Source: Candidatus Kerfeldbacteria bacterium
GTDB lineage: Bacteria > Patescibacteriota > Patescibacteriia > UBA9570 > XYC2-FULL-38-9
Direction: 5' to 3'
Assembly (NCBI GenBank): GCA_016182555.1
Contig: JACPGJ010000005.1
Coordinates: forward strand, 1 to 62,525
DNA: 62,525 nt
The notes under the pieces were generated by a model. The model was given only the letters and a program-made list of their open reading frames with translations, made no database searches and had not been told where the DNA came from. Made by a program: the position numbers and the translations under genes. Positions 44,753-53,091 of this stretch are shown in pieces (position 1 is the stretch's first letter; every line of letters begins with the position of its first letter).

Positions 44753-45595
44753 ATGCAAAAGATTGGTGCACATGTATCGGCAGCGGGTGGGGTGAGTAAT
44801 GCTCCGCTCAATGCCCAAAAAGAAGCATGCGAGGTATTCCAGTTTTTTTTGAACCCACCACAGACGTATAAGTTCACGCCAATCTCGGAAGAGCAAATCG
44901 CCGCGTTTAAAAAGAATTGCAAAGAATTGGGCTATACAGAAACTTATGTTCATGCGTCTTACCTTATTAATCTCTGCTCGCCAAAAAATAGTACACGGTA
45001 TGGTTCGATGAGTTTGTTACGCAAAGGGTTGGAAGAAGCCAGCAAGCTCGGCATACAAGGGATGATGTTTCATACCGGCTCAGCCACTGGTTGCCCAGAT
45101 AAACCTACAGCCATCAAAACCGCCATTGAATCGATCAATAAAATTCTCGATGGCTATACAGGTTCTACAAAATTATTGATTGAAAATGCAGCAGGATCTG
45201 GGAACACCGTTGGCGTCAGTTTTGCCGAAGTGGGCACGCTCTTGAAGGGGATAAAAAATAAAAAACAGGTTGGTGTGTGTTTAGACACGCAACATTCATT
45301 TGCATCTGGTTATGACTGGCGCACACCGATTGGTACGAACGCCGCGTTGAAAGAATTCGATAAAGAGATTGGGCTGAAAAATTTAACGGTGATTCAGGCG
45401 AATGATTCGAAAGTAGATTGTGGAGCAAATAAAGACCGGCATGAACATATCCACCTCGGGAAAATGGGCACAACCGCATTTAAAAATTTGTTACATCATC
45501 CAAAACTTGCAAACACTGCGTTTGTACTCGAAACAGAACCAGAGGGACGTGCACAAGATATGGCGTGGCTCAAAAAATTCCGCAATAAAAAATAA
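44753..45595 (+). CDS. nfo: deoxyribonuclease IV (endonuclease IV)
   Basis: MQKIGAHVSAAGG, VHASYLINLCSP, MFHTGS, CLDTQH, DRHEHIHLGKMG. Confidence 0.9.
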   Translation: MQKIGAHVSAAGGVSNAPLNAQKEACEVFQFFLNPPQTYKFTPISEEQIAAFKKNCKELGYTETYVHASYLINLCSPKNSTRYGSMSLLRKGLEEASKLGIQGMMFHTGSATGCPDKPTAIKTAIESINKILDGYTGSTKLLIENAAGSGNTVGVSFAEVGTLLKGIKNKKQVGVCLDTQHSFASGYDWRTPIGTNAALKEFDKEIGLKNLTVIQANDSKVDCGANKDRHEHIHLGKMGTTAFKNLLHHPKLANTAFVLETEPEGRAQDMAWLKKFRNKK

Positions 45596-45600
45596 CGCCT

Positions 45601-46404
45601 ATGGCCAAAATATTTTGTACACCACCGTTTCAAGAATTCGCACTGGGGTTAGCATTGCGTGGTGGCACAATGTTGAAGCGCAATTTTTTTGATAGTGTCC
45701 GTCACACAACAACCACGCGTGCAAAAAAACATGCGCTCGTTACAGCAAGTGACCGTGAGGTTCACCAATTTGCTGTGGCGAAAATTCAGCAATATTTTCC
45801 GGATCATAATATCGTCAGTGAAGAAGGTGCTCCAATTGAGCGGGGTTCTGCTTATACATGGGTTATTGATCCGCTCGATGGCACTCGCAACTACACGATT
45901 GCGAATCCATTTTTTTGCACATCAGTTACTCTACTCAAAAATAATCAGCCGATTGTCAGTGCTATTTACGCGCCATTGTTGAATGAAATTTTTGTGGCAG
46001 AAAAAGGTCAGCCAGCACGTTTAAATGAACGGGTGATTCAGGTGTCGAATGAAAAACGTCTTGCCCGTGCCGTATTATCCTTTTCGTATTTCTGTCGCGA
46101 TGAAATTACACGTGCGCAAGCAATGCAATTGTGGGCTTCATTAGAAGATCGTTCTTGCGCCATGCGCCACCTCGGGTGTGTCAGCTTAGAGCTCGCTTAT
46201 ATTGCTGCTGGCCGCATGGATGCACAAATTTTGGTACCACCGATTCGGTTGTGGGATGTCACTGCTGGTATGCTGCTGGTGCAATGCGCTGGTGGACGTA
46301 TTACGAATTTTTTCGGCAAGCCGTGGCGTGAGGCTAGCGATGGTTTTATCGCTTCCAATAGTTTGCTCCGCGACCCACTTCTTACATTGGTGACAAGAAA
46401 GTAA
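45601..46404 (+). CDS. inositol monophosphatase family protein
   Basis: SEEG, WVIDPLDGTRNY, WDVTAG motifs. Confidence 0.85.
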   Translation: MAKIFCTPPFQEFALGLALRGGTMLKRNFFDSVRHTTTTRAKKHALVTASDREVHQFAVAKIQQYFPDHNIVSEEGAPIERGSAYTWVIDPLDGTRNYTIANPFFCTSVTLLKNNQPIVSAIYAPLLNEIFVAEKGQPARLNERVIQVSNEKRLARAVLSFSYFCRDEITRAQAMQLWASLEDRSCAMRHLGCVSLELAYIAAGRMDAQILVPPIRLWDVTAGMLLVQCAGGRITNFFGKPWREASDGFIASNSLLRDPLLTLVTRK

Positions 46405-46460
46405 ATCTTTGAAGCATCGACTATTGACAAAAATTATTGTTCTGTTACTATCTTTCCATT

Positions 46461-46586
46461 ATGAAACATACGAATTGCCAAAACTACACACATATTACTA
46501 TGCCGCGCCCTATGGGTTTGTATTTTGTTGCGCAAGATACAAAAGGGCTATTTAGCTTAGGCAATGTTTGTATATCGAGAACATAA
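46461..46586 (+). CDS. 41-codon ORF with own promoter and terminator (small protein or leader peptide; could instead be a small RNA)
   Basis: TTGACA 46424-46429 with TACTAT 46446-51. ATG 46461 gives MKHTNCQNYTHITMPRPMGLYFVAQDTKGLFSLGNVCISRT*. Strong terminator 24 nt downstream. Confidence 0.3.
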   Translation: MKHTNCQNYTHITMPRPMGLYFVAQDTKGLFSLGNVCISRT

Positions 46587-46609
46587 TATTTTCTCTATAA
46601 TTTTCAAAG

Positions 46610-46646
46610 ATCGCCTCGGCTAGATAGTCCGAGGCGATTTTGTTTT
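46610..46646 (+). terminator. rho-independent terminator upstream of the MFS gene
   Basis: 10-bp stem ATCGCCTCGG/CCGAGGCGAT (46610-46619/46629-46638), 9-nt loop, TTTGTTTT. Confidence 0.8.
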
Positions 46647-46693
46647 CGACTATCTATTCAGTTCACGGTTCTTTTACAACTTGGGAGGGTATC

Positions 46694-47911
46694 ATGGCCG
46701 CACAAACGATTCGCTTGTATTATGTTTTGTGGTTGATAACAGAATTTGGATTGAGTATGACGTTCGTGACGTATGCACTTTTTCTCAAAGAATTTGGCGG
46801 ACTCGGATTTCTAGGTATCTGTTGCATGAATTTATTCCATTTCACTGTGAAGGCGTGCATGGAAGTGCCAACCGGTGCTGCGGCAGATCTTCTTGGAAGA
46901 AAATTTCTTTCTGTCTTTTCCTGTATCATCATCGCTGCGGCATCGTTATTGTATGGAGGGAGCACGTCGATTGCTGGTTTTCTTGTCGCGGAAGGAATAT
47001 TCGCTATTGGATTTGCGTGTGCAAATGGGGCTTTCAGCGCATGGATGCGAGATCGCGTGATCTATTTCGGTTACACAGCTGAACAGGTGAACCCAGTGTA
47101 CATTCGTAGAGATCTGTATACGCGGTTGACGTGGATCTGTTCGGGCCCACTGGGTGCATGGCTGTATACGGTGGACCCCACTCTGCCGTGGACGAGTGGA
47201 GGTCTGGTTATTGGTGTGGGAGCGGTGTGCAGGTTTGTGTTAATGAAGGAGGATCACACGCCACAACGCACTACACCGCGGCGTAAAAAAAGAGGAACGG
47301 TGAAGGATCAATGGTTCGCATTTGTGATGCACACTCAATTGTGCCACCGCCATATTCAGCGCAGCCAACCAATGAAAGCAATTCTGCTCATGGTGTTGGT
47401 GCAAAATTTTGCGGTGCAAGCGCCAAACATGTTTTGGCAGTTGCACTTTTCTGCGCTACTAGGCAATACGGTATTTCTTGGCCCGTTCTTCTCGGCGTCG
47501 TCGGTAAGTATGTTCGTTGGTATTCTACTGTGCGCTTCAGTGCGGCGGCGCATCGGCGTACGAAAAACGTTGCTGCTCATTCAGCTGGTGATTGGGTTTG
47601 GCATCGCATTTGCTGGATTGCCGTATGCAGCAGTTGCGGTGAGTGTATTTCTTGTTCATGAAGCGGGACGCGGCATGTTCGGTCCGGTGAATGAGGCGTA
47701 TCTCAATACACTCATACCACCGCGCAAATCGAGTAAGCGAGCGACAGTGTTGTCGTTTGAGTCCATGTTCGGGCACATGGGCAGCATCATCGGGCTGTTA
47801 TTTGCGGGCGTCACGGCAGAACTCACTAACTCTATTCCCACCACATGGCTGCTTGCGGGCAGCATTCTTGTGTTTGTCACCTACGGACTAGTCCGTCTAA
47901 AAAATAAATAA
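46694..47911 (+). CDS. MFS transporter
   Basis: ATG 46694 after GGGAGG. About 12 hydrophobic helices. EVPTGAAADLLGRKF loop 2-3 motif. Confidence 0.8.
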   Translation: MAAQTIRLYYVLWLITEFGLSMTFVTYALFLKEFGGLGFLGICCMNLFHFTVKACMEVPTGAAADLLGRKFLSVFSCIIIAAASLLYGGSTSIAGFLVAEGIFAIGFACANGAFSAWMRDRVIYFGYTAEQVNPVYIRRDLYTRLTWICSGPLGAWLYTVDPTLPWTSGGLVIGVGAVCRFVLMKEDHTPQRTTPRRKKRGTVKDQWFAFVMHTQLCHRHIQRSQPMKAILLMVLVQNFAVQAPNMFWQLHFSALLGNTVFLGPFFSASSVSMFVGILLCASVRRRIGVRKTLLLIQLVIGFGIAFAGLPYAAVAVSVFLVHEAGRGMFGPVNEAYLNTLIPPRKSSKRATVLSFESMFGHMGSIIGLLFAGVTAELTNSIPTTWLLAGSILVFVTYGLVRLKNK

Positions 47912-47961
47912 CGTTACGTATGGTTTTTTGGAGGCGCAGAGCGGGGAGATCATTTTTTTGA

Positions 47962-48765
47962 TCAACCCGCTTTTTTCTTTATCTGCACATGATGCAGCGG
48001 ACAGATTTTTTTCTCCCATGTTTTTGCTTGTTCCCAGGCTAAATCAAAAATTTTTCGTTGCGCTTGTGCCATTTCTGCGCTTTCAATAATCATGGCAAAC
48101 TGGTCGCGCCAGAAGAAAAATACCACTTTGTTATCGTAGATGTTTATTTCCGGAGTGAATTGATAGGTGTCTGCTGGCACAAGTAGTGACGTTCTATCTT
48201 CCTGTTTATCACGCTTATGCAATGCCACCGCCATTTTGGTGTGCGGGAAAATTGCGTCAATATGTATTTTACGTTTTGCTCGGCGTTTGTAGTATTCGGG
48301 AAAGTAATCCGGCAGTGTATTTTCAGTATCGTCCACCGATGCGTATGCTTTAATGCTTTCAGAAGAGGTCAGCGTGTCTTCGTAGGCACTCTGAATTCCT
48401 TTTTTTCCTTCGTAGATTTGCACTTTTGGTGTATGGATTCCACTGTTGACTAATGATTTCAGCTCCGGCAGAATTTTTCGTGCTTTTTCCGCCATTTGCG
48501 TAAATTGTTTTGCCCGAAATTCCATGAGGCTCACAAATCGGTCTGGGGGAACCGCGGTGAATGTTTTTTTGTTGTTGCGTTCGGATTGAATAATTAACCC
48601 TTGTTGTGCAAGTTCGCGCAGGATCACGTACGCGGTGGAGCGGTTCAAACGCGCTTGCACGGCAATGCGAGCTGGCGAGGTTGTGCCGAGTTTGAGGGTT
48701 GATAAATAGACCAAAGATTGTTTGGGCGACAGGCCGAATTGTTGTAAGTGGTCTTCCAGGATCAT
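47962..48765 (-). CDS. TrmB-family transcriptional regulator with C-terminal domain, copy 3
   Basis: LQQFGLSPKQSLVYLSTLKLGTTSPARIAVQARLNRSTAYVILRELAQQGLI. C-terminal blocks shared with 38280-39044. Confidence 0.8.
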   Translation of the reverse strand: MILEDHLQQFGLSPKQSLVYLSTLKLGTTSPARIAVQARLNRSTAYVILRELAQQGLIIQSERNNKKTFTAVPPDRFVSLMEFRAKQFTQMAEKARKILPELKSLVNSGIHTPKVQIYEGKKGIQSAYEDTLTSSESIKAYASVDDTENTLPDYFPEYYKRRAKRKIHIDAIFPHTKMAVALHKRDKQEDRTSLLVPADTYQFTPEINIYDNKVVFFFWRDQFAMIIESAEMAQAQRKIFDLAWEQAKTWEKKICPLHHVQIKKKAG

Positions 48766-48813
48766 AGATATTGTTGTTAGTAAGTATAAACAATTTTTTA
48801 TAAAATGTCAATA

Positions 48814-48826
48814 TTTAGCTAAAATT
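48814..48826. repeat. TTTAGCTAAAATT motif (TTAGCTAA palindrome), copy 2 of 3
   Basis: 13-nt identity with 49890-49902. Lies in the divergent region between trmB copy 3 and ORF 48963. Confidence 0.8.
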
Positions 48827-48962
48827 AAATAAAATTAGCCATACATATATTTTGTATCTATTAACAAAAATGCTTTTTCTGATATATTACGCTGTTCTTC
48901 AGTCACACGCGTATCTTGACAATTTAACAACGGAAGGCGTCAAAGCCTTCGAGGAGGAAACC

Positions 48963-49304
48963 ATGGCAATCGCAATTGGGGAACGGATACCCTTGGGTTG
49001 GTTCCCTGAGTTGAAGTTCACTTTTTTCCTCACTGAAAATGTTAAGAGAGAAAGAGAAGAGAAAGATAATGCCTGGATAGTAGAGGGGCATCCATACAAG
49101 CTTATCTATACTGTCACAAGTGATTTCGATTACCAGGATCAGATGTGTAATGATCGACGTCTTCGGTACGTTTTCATCTACAGTGACAGGGGAGTAGTTA
49201 CGTATTTTCCCACCATTAAGGAATGGGAAGTGGAATCTGATGAGTATGGAGAGAGGATGAAAGAAGAAATGAAGAAAATTTTTTCAATTGAGGAGGAAGT
49301 ATGA
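48963..49304 (+). CDS. hypothetical protein (113 aa)
   Basis: ATG 48963 preceded by GAGGAGGA, which I prefer over the track start 48852. ATGA-coupled to the next ORF. Confidence 0.5.
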   Translation: MAIAIGERIPLGWFPELKFTFFLTENVKREREEKDNAWIVEGHPYKLIYTVTSDFDYQDQMCNDRRLRYVFIYSDRGVVTYFPTIKEWEVESDEYGERMKEEMKKIFSIEEEV

Positions 49305-49789
49305 ATCCGAACACGTTTCTTTTGTGTTCTTCGATTGCTGTGATTTTGGCGATTCTTCTCCAGTTAAAATGGGCGAACGACGGCACACTTACTCCGAAAA
49401 ACAAGTGGCGCGCATCGGTGAAACCCCACAGCGTGAGTAGGGATTATTATGAGATACAGAATATTGCTTCAGCGATTTTTTCAGCAATATTCTATACCCT
49501 ACCTGATAGGGTGACAGTGTATTCTAATAATAATACGCAGTGGGTTTTCGTTCGGAGAGATGCCCCGCCGGTTCCAATATGTATGGAGTGGGAGGATGTG
49601 CTCGTGCATTTGGATGCCTATACGGTGGTATCTATGCGGTGGGATTCATCCTCTATCATTTTTTTGCGGGTCAAAGAAGAAAAACTCGAGAATGCAATAC
49701 GTGCTGCTGTTGACGCATTGCATTACTACCGCCGAATCATTATCCGAAAGCCTAATGATGGCTGGGATGATATTGATGGAGCGGCATAA
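49301..49789 (+). CDS. hypothetical membrane-anchored protein (162 aa)
   Basis: GAGGAGGA RBS. N-terminal TM FLLCSSIAVILAILLQL. A terminator follows. Confidence 0.5.
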   Translation: MNPNTFLLCSSIAVILAILLQLKWANDGTLTPKNKWRASVKPHSVSRDYYEIQNIASAIFSAIFYTLPDRVTVYSNNNTQWVFVRRDAPPVPICMEWEDVLVHLDAYTVVSMRWDSSSIIFLRVKEEKLENAIRAAVDALHYYRRIIIRKPNDGWDDIDGAA

Positions 49790-49829
49790 ACAGAGAACAG
49801 CGTGAGGAAAGCGGCGGGCTCTTAAACAA

Positions 49830-49871
49830 GGTCAGCGATCGAGACATACATCGACGCTGGCCTCTTTTTTT
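49830..49871 (+). terminator. rho-independent terminator
   Basis: GGTCAGCG (49830-49837) / CGCTGGCC (49855-49862) stem with one G-U pair, followed by TCTTTTTTT. Confidence 0.6.
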
Positions 49872-49882
49872 CAAAAAACGAG

Positions 49883-49902
49883 GCTATTTTTTAGCTAAAA
49901 TT
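49883..49902. repeat. GCTATTTTTTAGCTAAAATT motif (12-bp palindrome TTTTAGCTAAAA), copy 3 of 3
   Basis: Identical 16-mer with 36812-36827. About 90 nt upstream of the first AAA ATPase gene. Confidence 0.9.
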
Positions 49903-49925
49903 CGCATAAATTAACCACAAAATAC

Positions 49926-49981
49926 TTTTTTGTATACTCTAATATACAAATATTGACGTTTTTTGTATATTGTAATATACT
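49926..49981 (+). promoter_or_regulatory. promoter of the AAA ATPase gene overlapped by two 22-nt direct repeats that each contain an inverted repeat
   Basis: TTTTTTGTATACTCTAATATAC (49926-49947) and TTTTTTGTATATTGTAATATAC (49959-49980). TTGACG 49953-58, 17 nt, TATACT 49976-81, only 6 nt before ATG 49988. Confidence 0.6.
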
Positions 49982-49987
49982 ATAAAT

Positions 49988-51424
49988 ATGAAAATTCAAA
50001 TTACCCAATATATTCAAGAGCAATTAGTCCGTGCGCAAGATCGGTTGAGAGCAAATACCGTCTCTTCTGTCGGGATCGTGTACCCTGAGCGTCACATTTT
50101 CATAACCCTGAAAAAAAAAATTCATGATTTTTATGCGAATGTTTCTCAGGAACGGTGGGTCGTTATTCCAGGGCTGCGCGGTGTAGGAAAAACCACGGTT
50201 GTCTCACAGCTTTATTTTTATATTGTTCAAGAAATGAAGGTTGCACAAAACCGCGTGTTATATGTTTCTCTGGATGAAGTTGAAGACTTGGGCGGGTCGC
50301 TGCAAGATGTGTTAGCGAGTTATGAATATATTCTTGGTCAAAGTTATGAATCACAACAAGAACCGTTGTTTTTATTATTAGACGAAGTACAAGTAGATAC
50401 TCGCTGGGCCAAAACACTTAAAACACTCTATGAACGTTCTCATACAGTATTTGTGTTGTGCACGGGGTCGTCTGCAGTGGAGCTACAGTCGACAGCCGAT
50501 GCAGAACGCCGAGCCATTTTCCATAAAATGTTTCCCATGAGTTTTTCCGAATATCAAATGATCAAAAATCAGGTGTATCCCGAAAACGGTTTACAACAGA
50601 GTTTGATTAACGCCGTGTATTATGCGAACTCTGTTCAAGAAGCGCACCAACAATTGTCCGTTCTCGATCAACAAATTCAAAAGTATTGGTCGATGATTGA
50701 TCAATTCGATATACAAGAATATTTTTCTATCGGCACATTACCATTCGCTATTGGGCGCACAAATGAATACCAAGTGTATCAAGCCATTCTACGATTGTTA
50801 GACCAGGTGATTATGAAAGATATTCAGAGCATGAGTAATTTTGAATATGAGACAACGCTCAAAATAAAATCGCTACTGTATTTGTTAGCAGACAGTAATG
50901 ACGTGCTGTCGTTTAGCACTATCGGGAACACCATTGGTTTACTTCGCCTAACACTCAACGATATTTTTGAAGCATTAGAAAAAACCGAATTACTGATACG
51001 GGCGTATCCGCATGGATCAAATACAGGTAGAGCCACAAAGCCTTCAAAATTTGTATTTATGAGTCCGGCAATTCGCCAAGCATTAACCATTATCTCTGGC
51101 AAAAAAGCGACAAATGAAACTGCGCGTGGGCATTTGTTGGAAGATGTTGTGGGTTTGCATGTATACAGAGAATTTGTGACGCAGCATAAAGGTTCGTTGA
51201 CGTATGATGCTTCTGAAGGTGGAGCGGACTTTATTTTAGAATTGCACAATCAACGACAAATTGTTATTGAAGTGGGTATGAATAAAAAAGACTCGAAACA
51301 AGTGCAAAAAACAATGAATAAAATTGGGAGTGATTACGGTATGGTGATTAGCCAGCAAGAATTGAATGTAGATGCAGAGAAAAATATGTTGTTTCTTCCG
51401 TTGAAGGTGTTTTTGTTGATGTAA
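49988..51424 (+). CDS. AAA-family ATPase (AAA_14/DUF4143-like), paralog 1
   Basis: Walker A GLRGVGKTT, Walker B LLLDEVQ. C-terminal EGGADFILE...IVIEVG segment. Confidence 0.7.
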   Translation: MKIQITQYIQEQLVRAQDRLRANTVSSVGIVYPERHIFITLKKKIHDFYANVSQERWVVIPGLRGVGKTTVVSQLYFYIVQEMKVAQNRVLYVSLDEVEDLGGSLQDVLASYEYILGQSYESQQEPLFLLLDEVQVDTRWAKTLKTLYERSHTVFVLCTGSSAVELQSTADAERRAIFHKMFPMSFSEYQMIKNQVYPENGLQQSLINAVYYANSVQEAHQQLSVLDQQIQKYWSMIDQFDIQEYFSIGTLPFAIGRTNEYQVYQAILRLLDQVIMKDIQSMSNFEYETTLKIKSLLYLLADSNDVLSFSTIGNTIGLLRLTLNDIFEALEKTELLIRAYPHGSNTGRATKPSKFVFMSPAIRQALTIISGKKATNETARGHLLEDVVGLHVYREFVTQHKGSLTYDASEGGADFILELHNQRQIVIEVGMNKKDSKQVQKTMNKIGSDYGMVISQQELNVDAEKNMLFLPLKVFLLM

Positions 51425-51547
51425 GGTAGAAAAAATTCCATACAAGTCGTGTAATGAAACGGTGAAAATGGGTAGCTTGACAATATATTCGATCATGATA
51501 GAATATATATAAGAATGTATCGTAATTTGGCTAATTAGAGATAAAAT

Positions 51548-52780
51548 ATGATTGATAAAATCCTCGAACAATTAAATCCTTGGTGGTCAGCACAGCCTAT
51601 AGACAACGGAATACTTCGAACCAAGTATCTAGATATTTTGAATGAAAACCGAACGAATAAAGAGGTGATATTTTTATTGGGTTCTCGGCGCGTGGGCAAA
51701 ACAACTATTATGAAGCAATGGGTGGGGGAGTTAATTACCAAGTATGGCGTTCAGCCAAAACAAATTTTGTATGTCTTGTTGGATCATCCAGAATTAGATA
51801 ATTATTCTATTTCACAAATCATTGAAACAGCCCGCACGCTGGCTGGCGAAGTGAAGTATGTATTATTAGACGAAATTCAATATCGCTCTGGTTGGGATCA
51901 AGAATTGAAGGCGTTATATGAAACGCAGAAGATGAAGTTTGTTATTTCGGGTTCCGCAATTACGGTACTTTCAAAACAGAAGTCATATCTCACGGGCCGC
52001 TATCTTAAATATATTGTACACTCATTGAATTTTACAGAGTTTCAGCAATTCTCGGCTAAGAAAACAATACAAGATTATTTAACTATTGGCGGATATCCCG
52101 AATATGTATTACGAAATAATCCGCAATATTTATTAGATTTAATCGACCATATTGTTTATAAAGATATTGTGGAAGTCTATGGCATTCGTCATCCGAAAGC
52201 GATTGCTGACTTGCTGCTTATTTTGGCTCGAAGTGTCGGGCATAAAATTAGTTTATCTAAAATTTCACGCACGTTACAGATATCCATTGATACAGTGAAA
52301 GAATATATTCAGCATTTGGAAGAGGTCTATCTTATTCATGAAGTACCAAAATTTTCCCGTTCATTAAATGAACAATTGTATAATGAAAAAAAGTATTATT
52401 TTTATGATACGGGGTTATGTAGTGTATTAAACGCAGAACAACAGATGGGTGCATTAGCAGAGAATGCAGTGGCGAATTACCTCAAAAAGCAACAACGAAC
52501 TTTCTTTTATTACTATGCGAATAAACGCGAGTGTGATTTTGTGATTGAACAGTTTGGTGGTGTCGCAGAAAAAACATATACGCCGATTGAAAGTAAATTT
52601 GATCCTGAAGGGAATAGTATAGAATGGGATGACAAACGATTGAGTGGTTTTTATGAAGCTATTGATAAACTCCATCCAGAACACGCCAGTATTATTACAT
52701 CGAAACAGCACGGAGAGAAAAAATACGGCCATACTTCTTTAGATATGATTTCATTAGAAGTATTTTTGAGTGCGCAATAA
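51548..52780 (+). CDS. AAA-family ATPase with DUF4143-type C-terminal PD-(D/E)xK-like domain, paralog 2
   Basis: NPWW start typical of the family, Walker A GSRRVGKTT, Walker B VLLDEIQ. C-terminal ECDFVIE...PIESKF (D...ExK). Confidence 0.75.
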   Translation: MIDKILEQLNPWWSAQPIDNGILRTKYLDILNENRTNKEVIFLLGSRRVGKTTIMKQWVGELITKYGVQPKQILYVLLDHPELDNYSISQIIETARTLAGEVKYVLLDEIQYRSGWDQELKALYETQKMKFVISGSAITVLSKQKSYLTGRYLKYIVHSLNFTEFQQFSAKKTIQDYLTIGGYPEYVLRNNPQYLLDLIDHIVYKDIVEVYGIRHPKAIADLLLILARSVGHKISLSKISRTLQISIDTVKEYIQHLEEVYLIHEVPKFSRSLNEQLYNEKKYYFYDTGLCSVLNAEQQMGALAENAVANYLKKQQRTFFYYYANKRECDFVIEQFGGVAEKTYTPIESKFDPEGNSIEWDDKRLSGFYEAIDKLHPEHASIITSKQHGEKKYGHTSLDMISLEVFLSAQ

Positions 52781-52785
52781 CTTAT

Positions 52786-53073
52786 ATGACCATACAATTA
52801 GTACAAAAAGCTGGAGTATTTGCGGAAAGTAAAGAGGTTGCACGAGCTATACGAATTCAGCAGCTTATTCCGACTCTCGAAAAAAATGAGGATATTATTC
52901 TGGACTTTACAGGCATTGAATGGACTAATCAAGCGTTTATTCACGTGCTCATTAGCGACTTGATCAGAAATTATGGAAACGACGTACTGGAAAAAATTCA
53001 GTTTAAATTTTGTAATGAAACCGTGAAAGGAATTATCTCTATTGTGACCGATTACATGCAAGAAAGTGAGTAA
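52786..53073 (+). CDS. DUF4325 (STAS-like) domain protein
   Basis: 95 aa. DIILDFTGIEWTNQAFIHVLISDLIRNYG fits the DUF4325 pattern (..ldf.gv..issSF.del...l). 5 nt after the ATPase stop. Confidence 0.6.
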   Translation: MTIQLVQKAGVFAESKEVARAIRIQQLIPTLEKNEDIILDFTGIEWTNQAFIHVLISDLIRNYGNDVLEKIQFKFCNETVKGIISIVTDYMQESE

Positions 53074-53091
53074 CGTTTTGTTGAACCAGAG

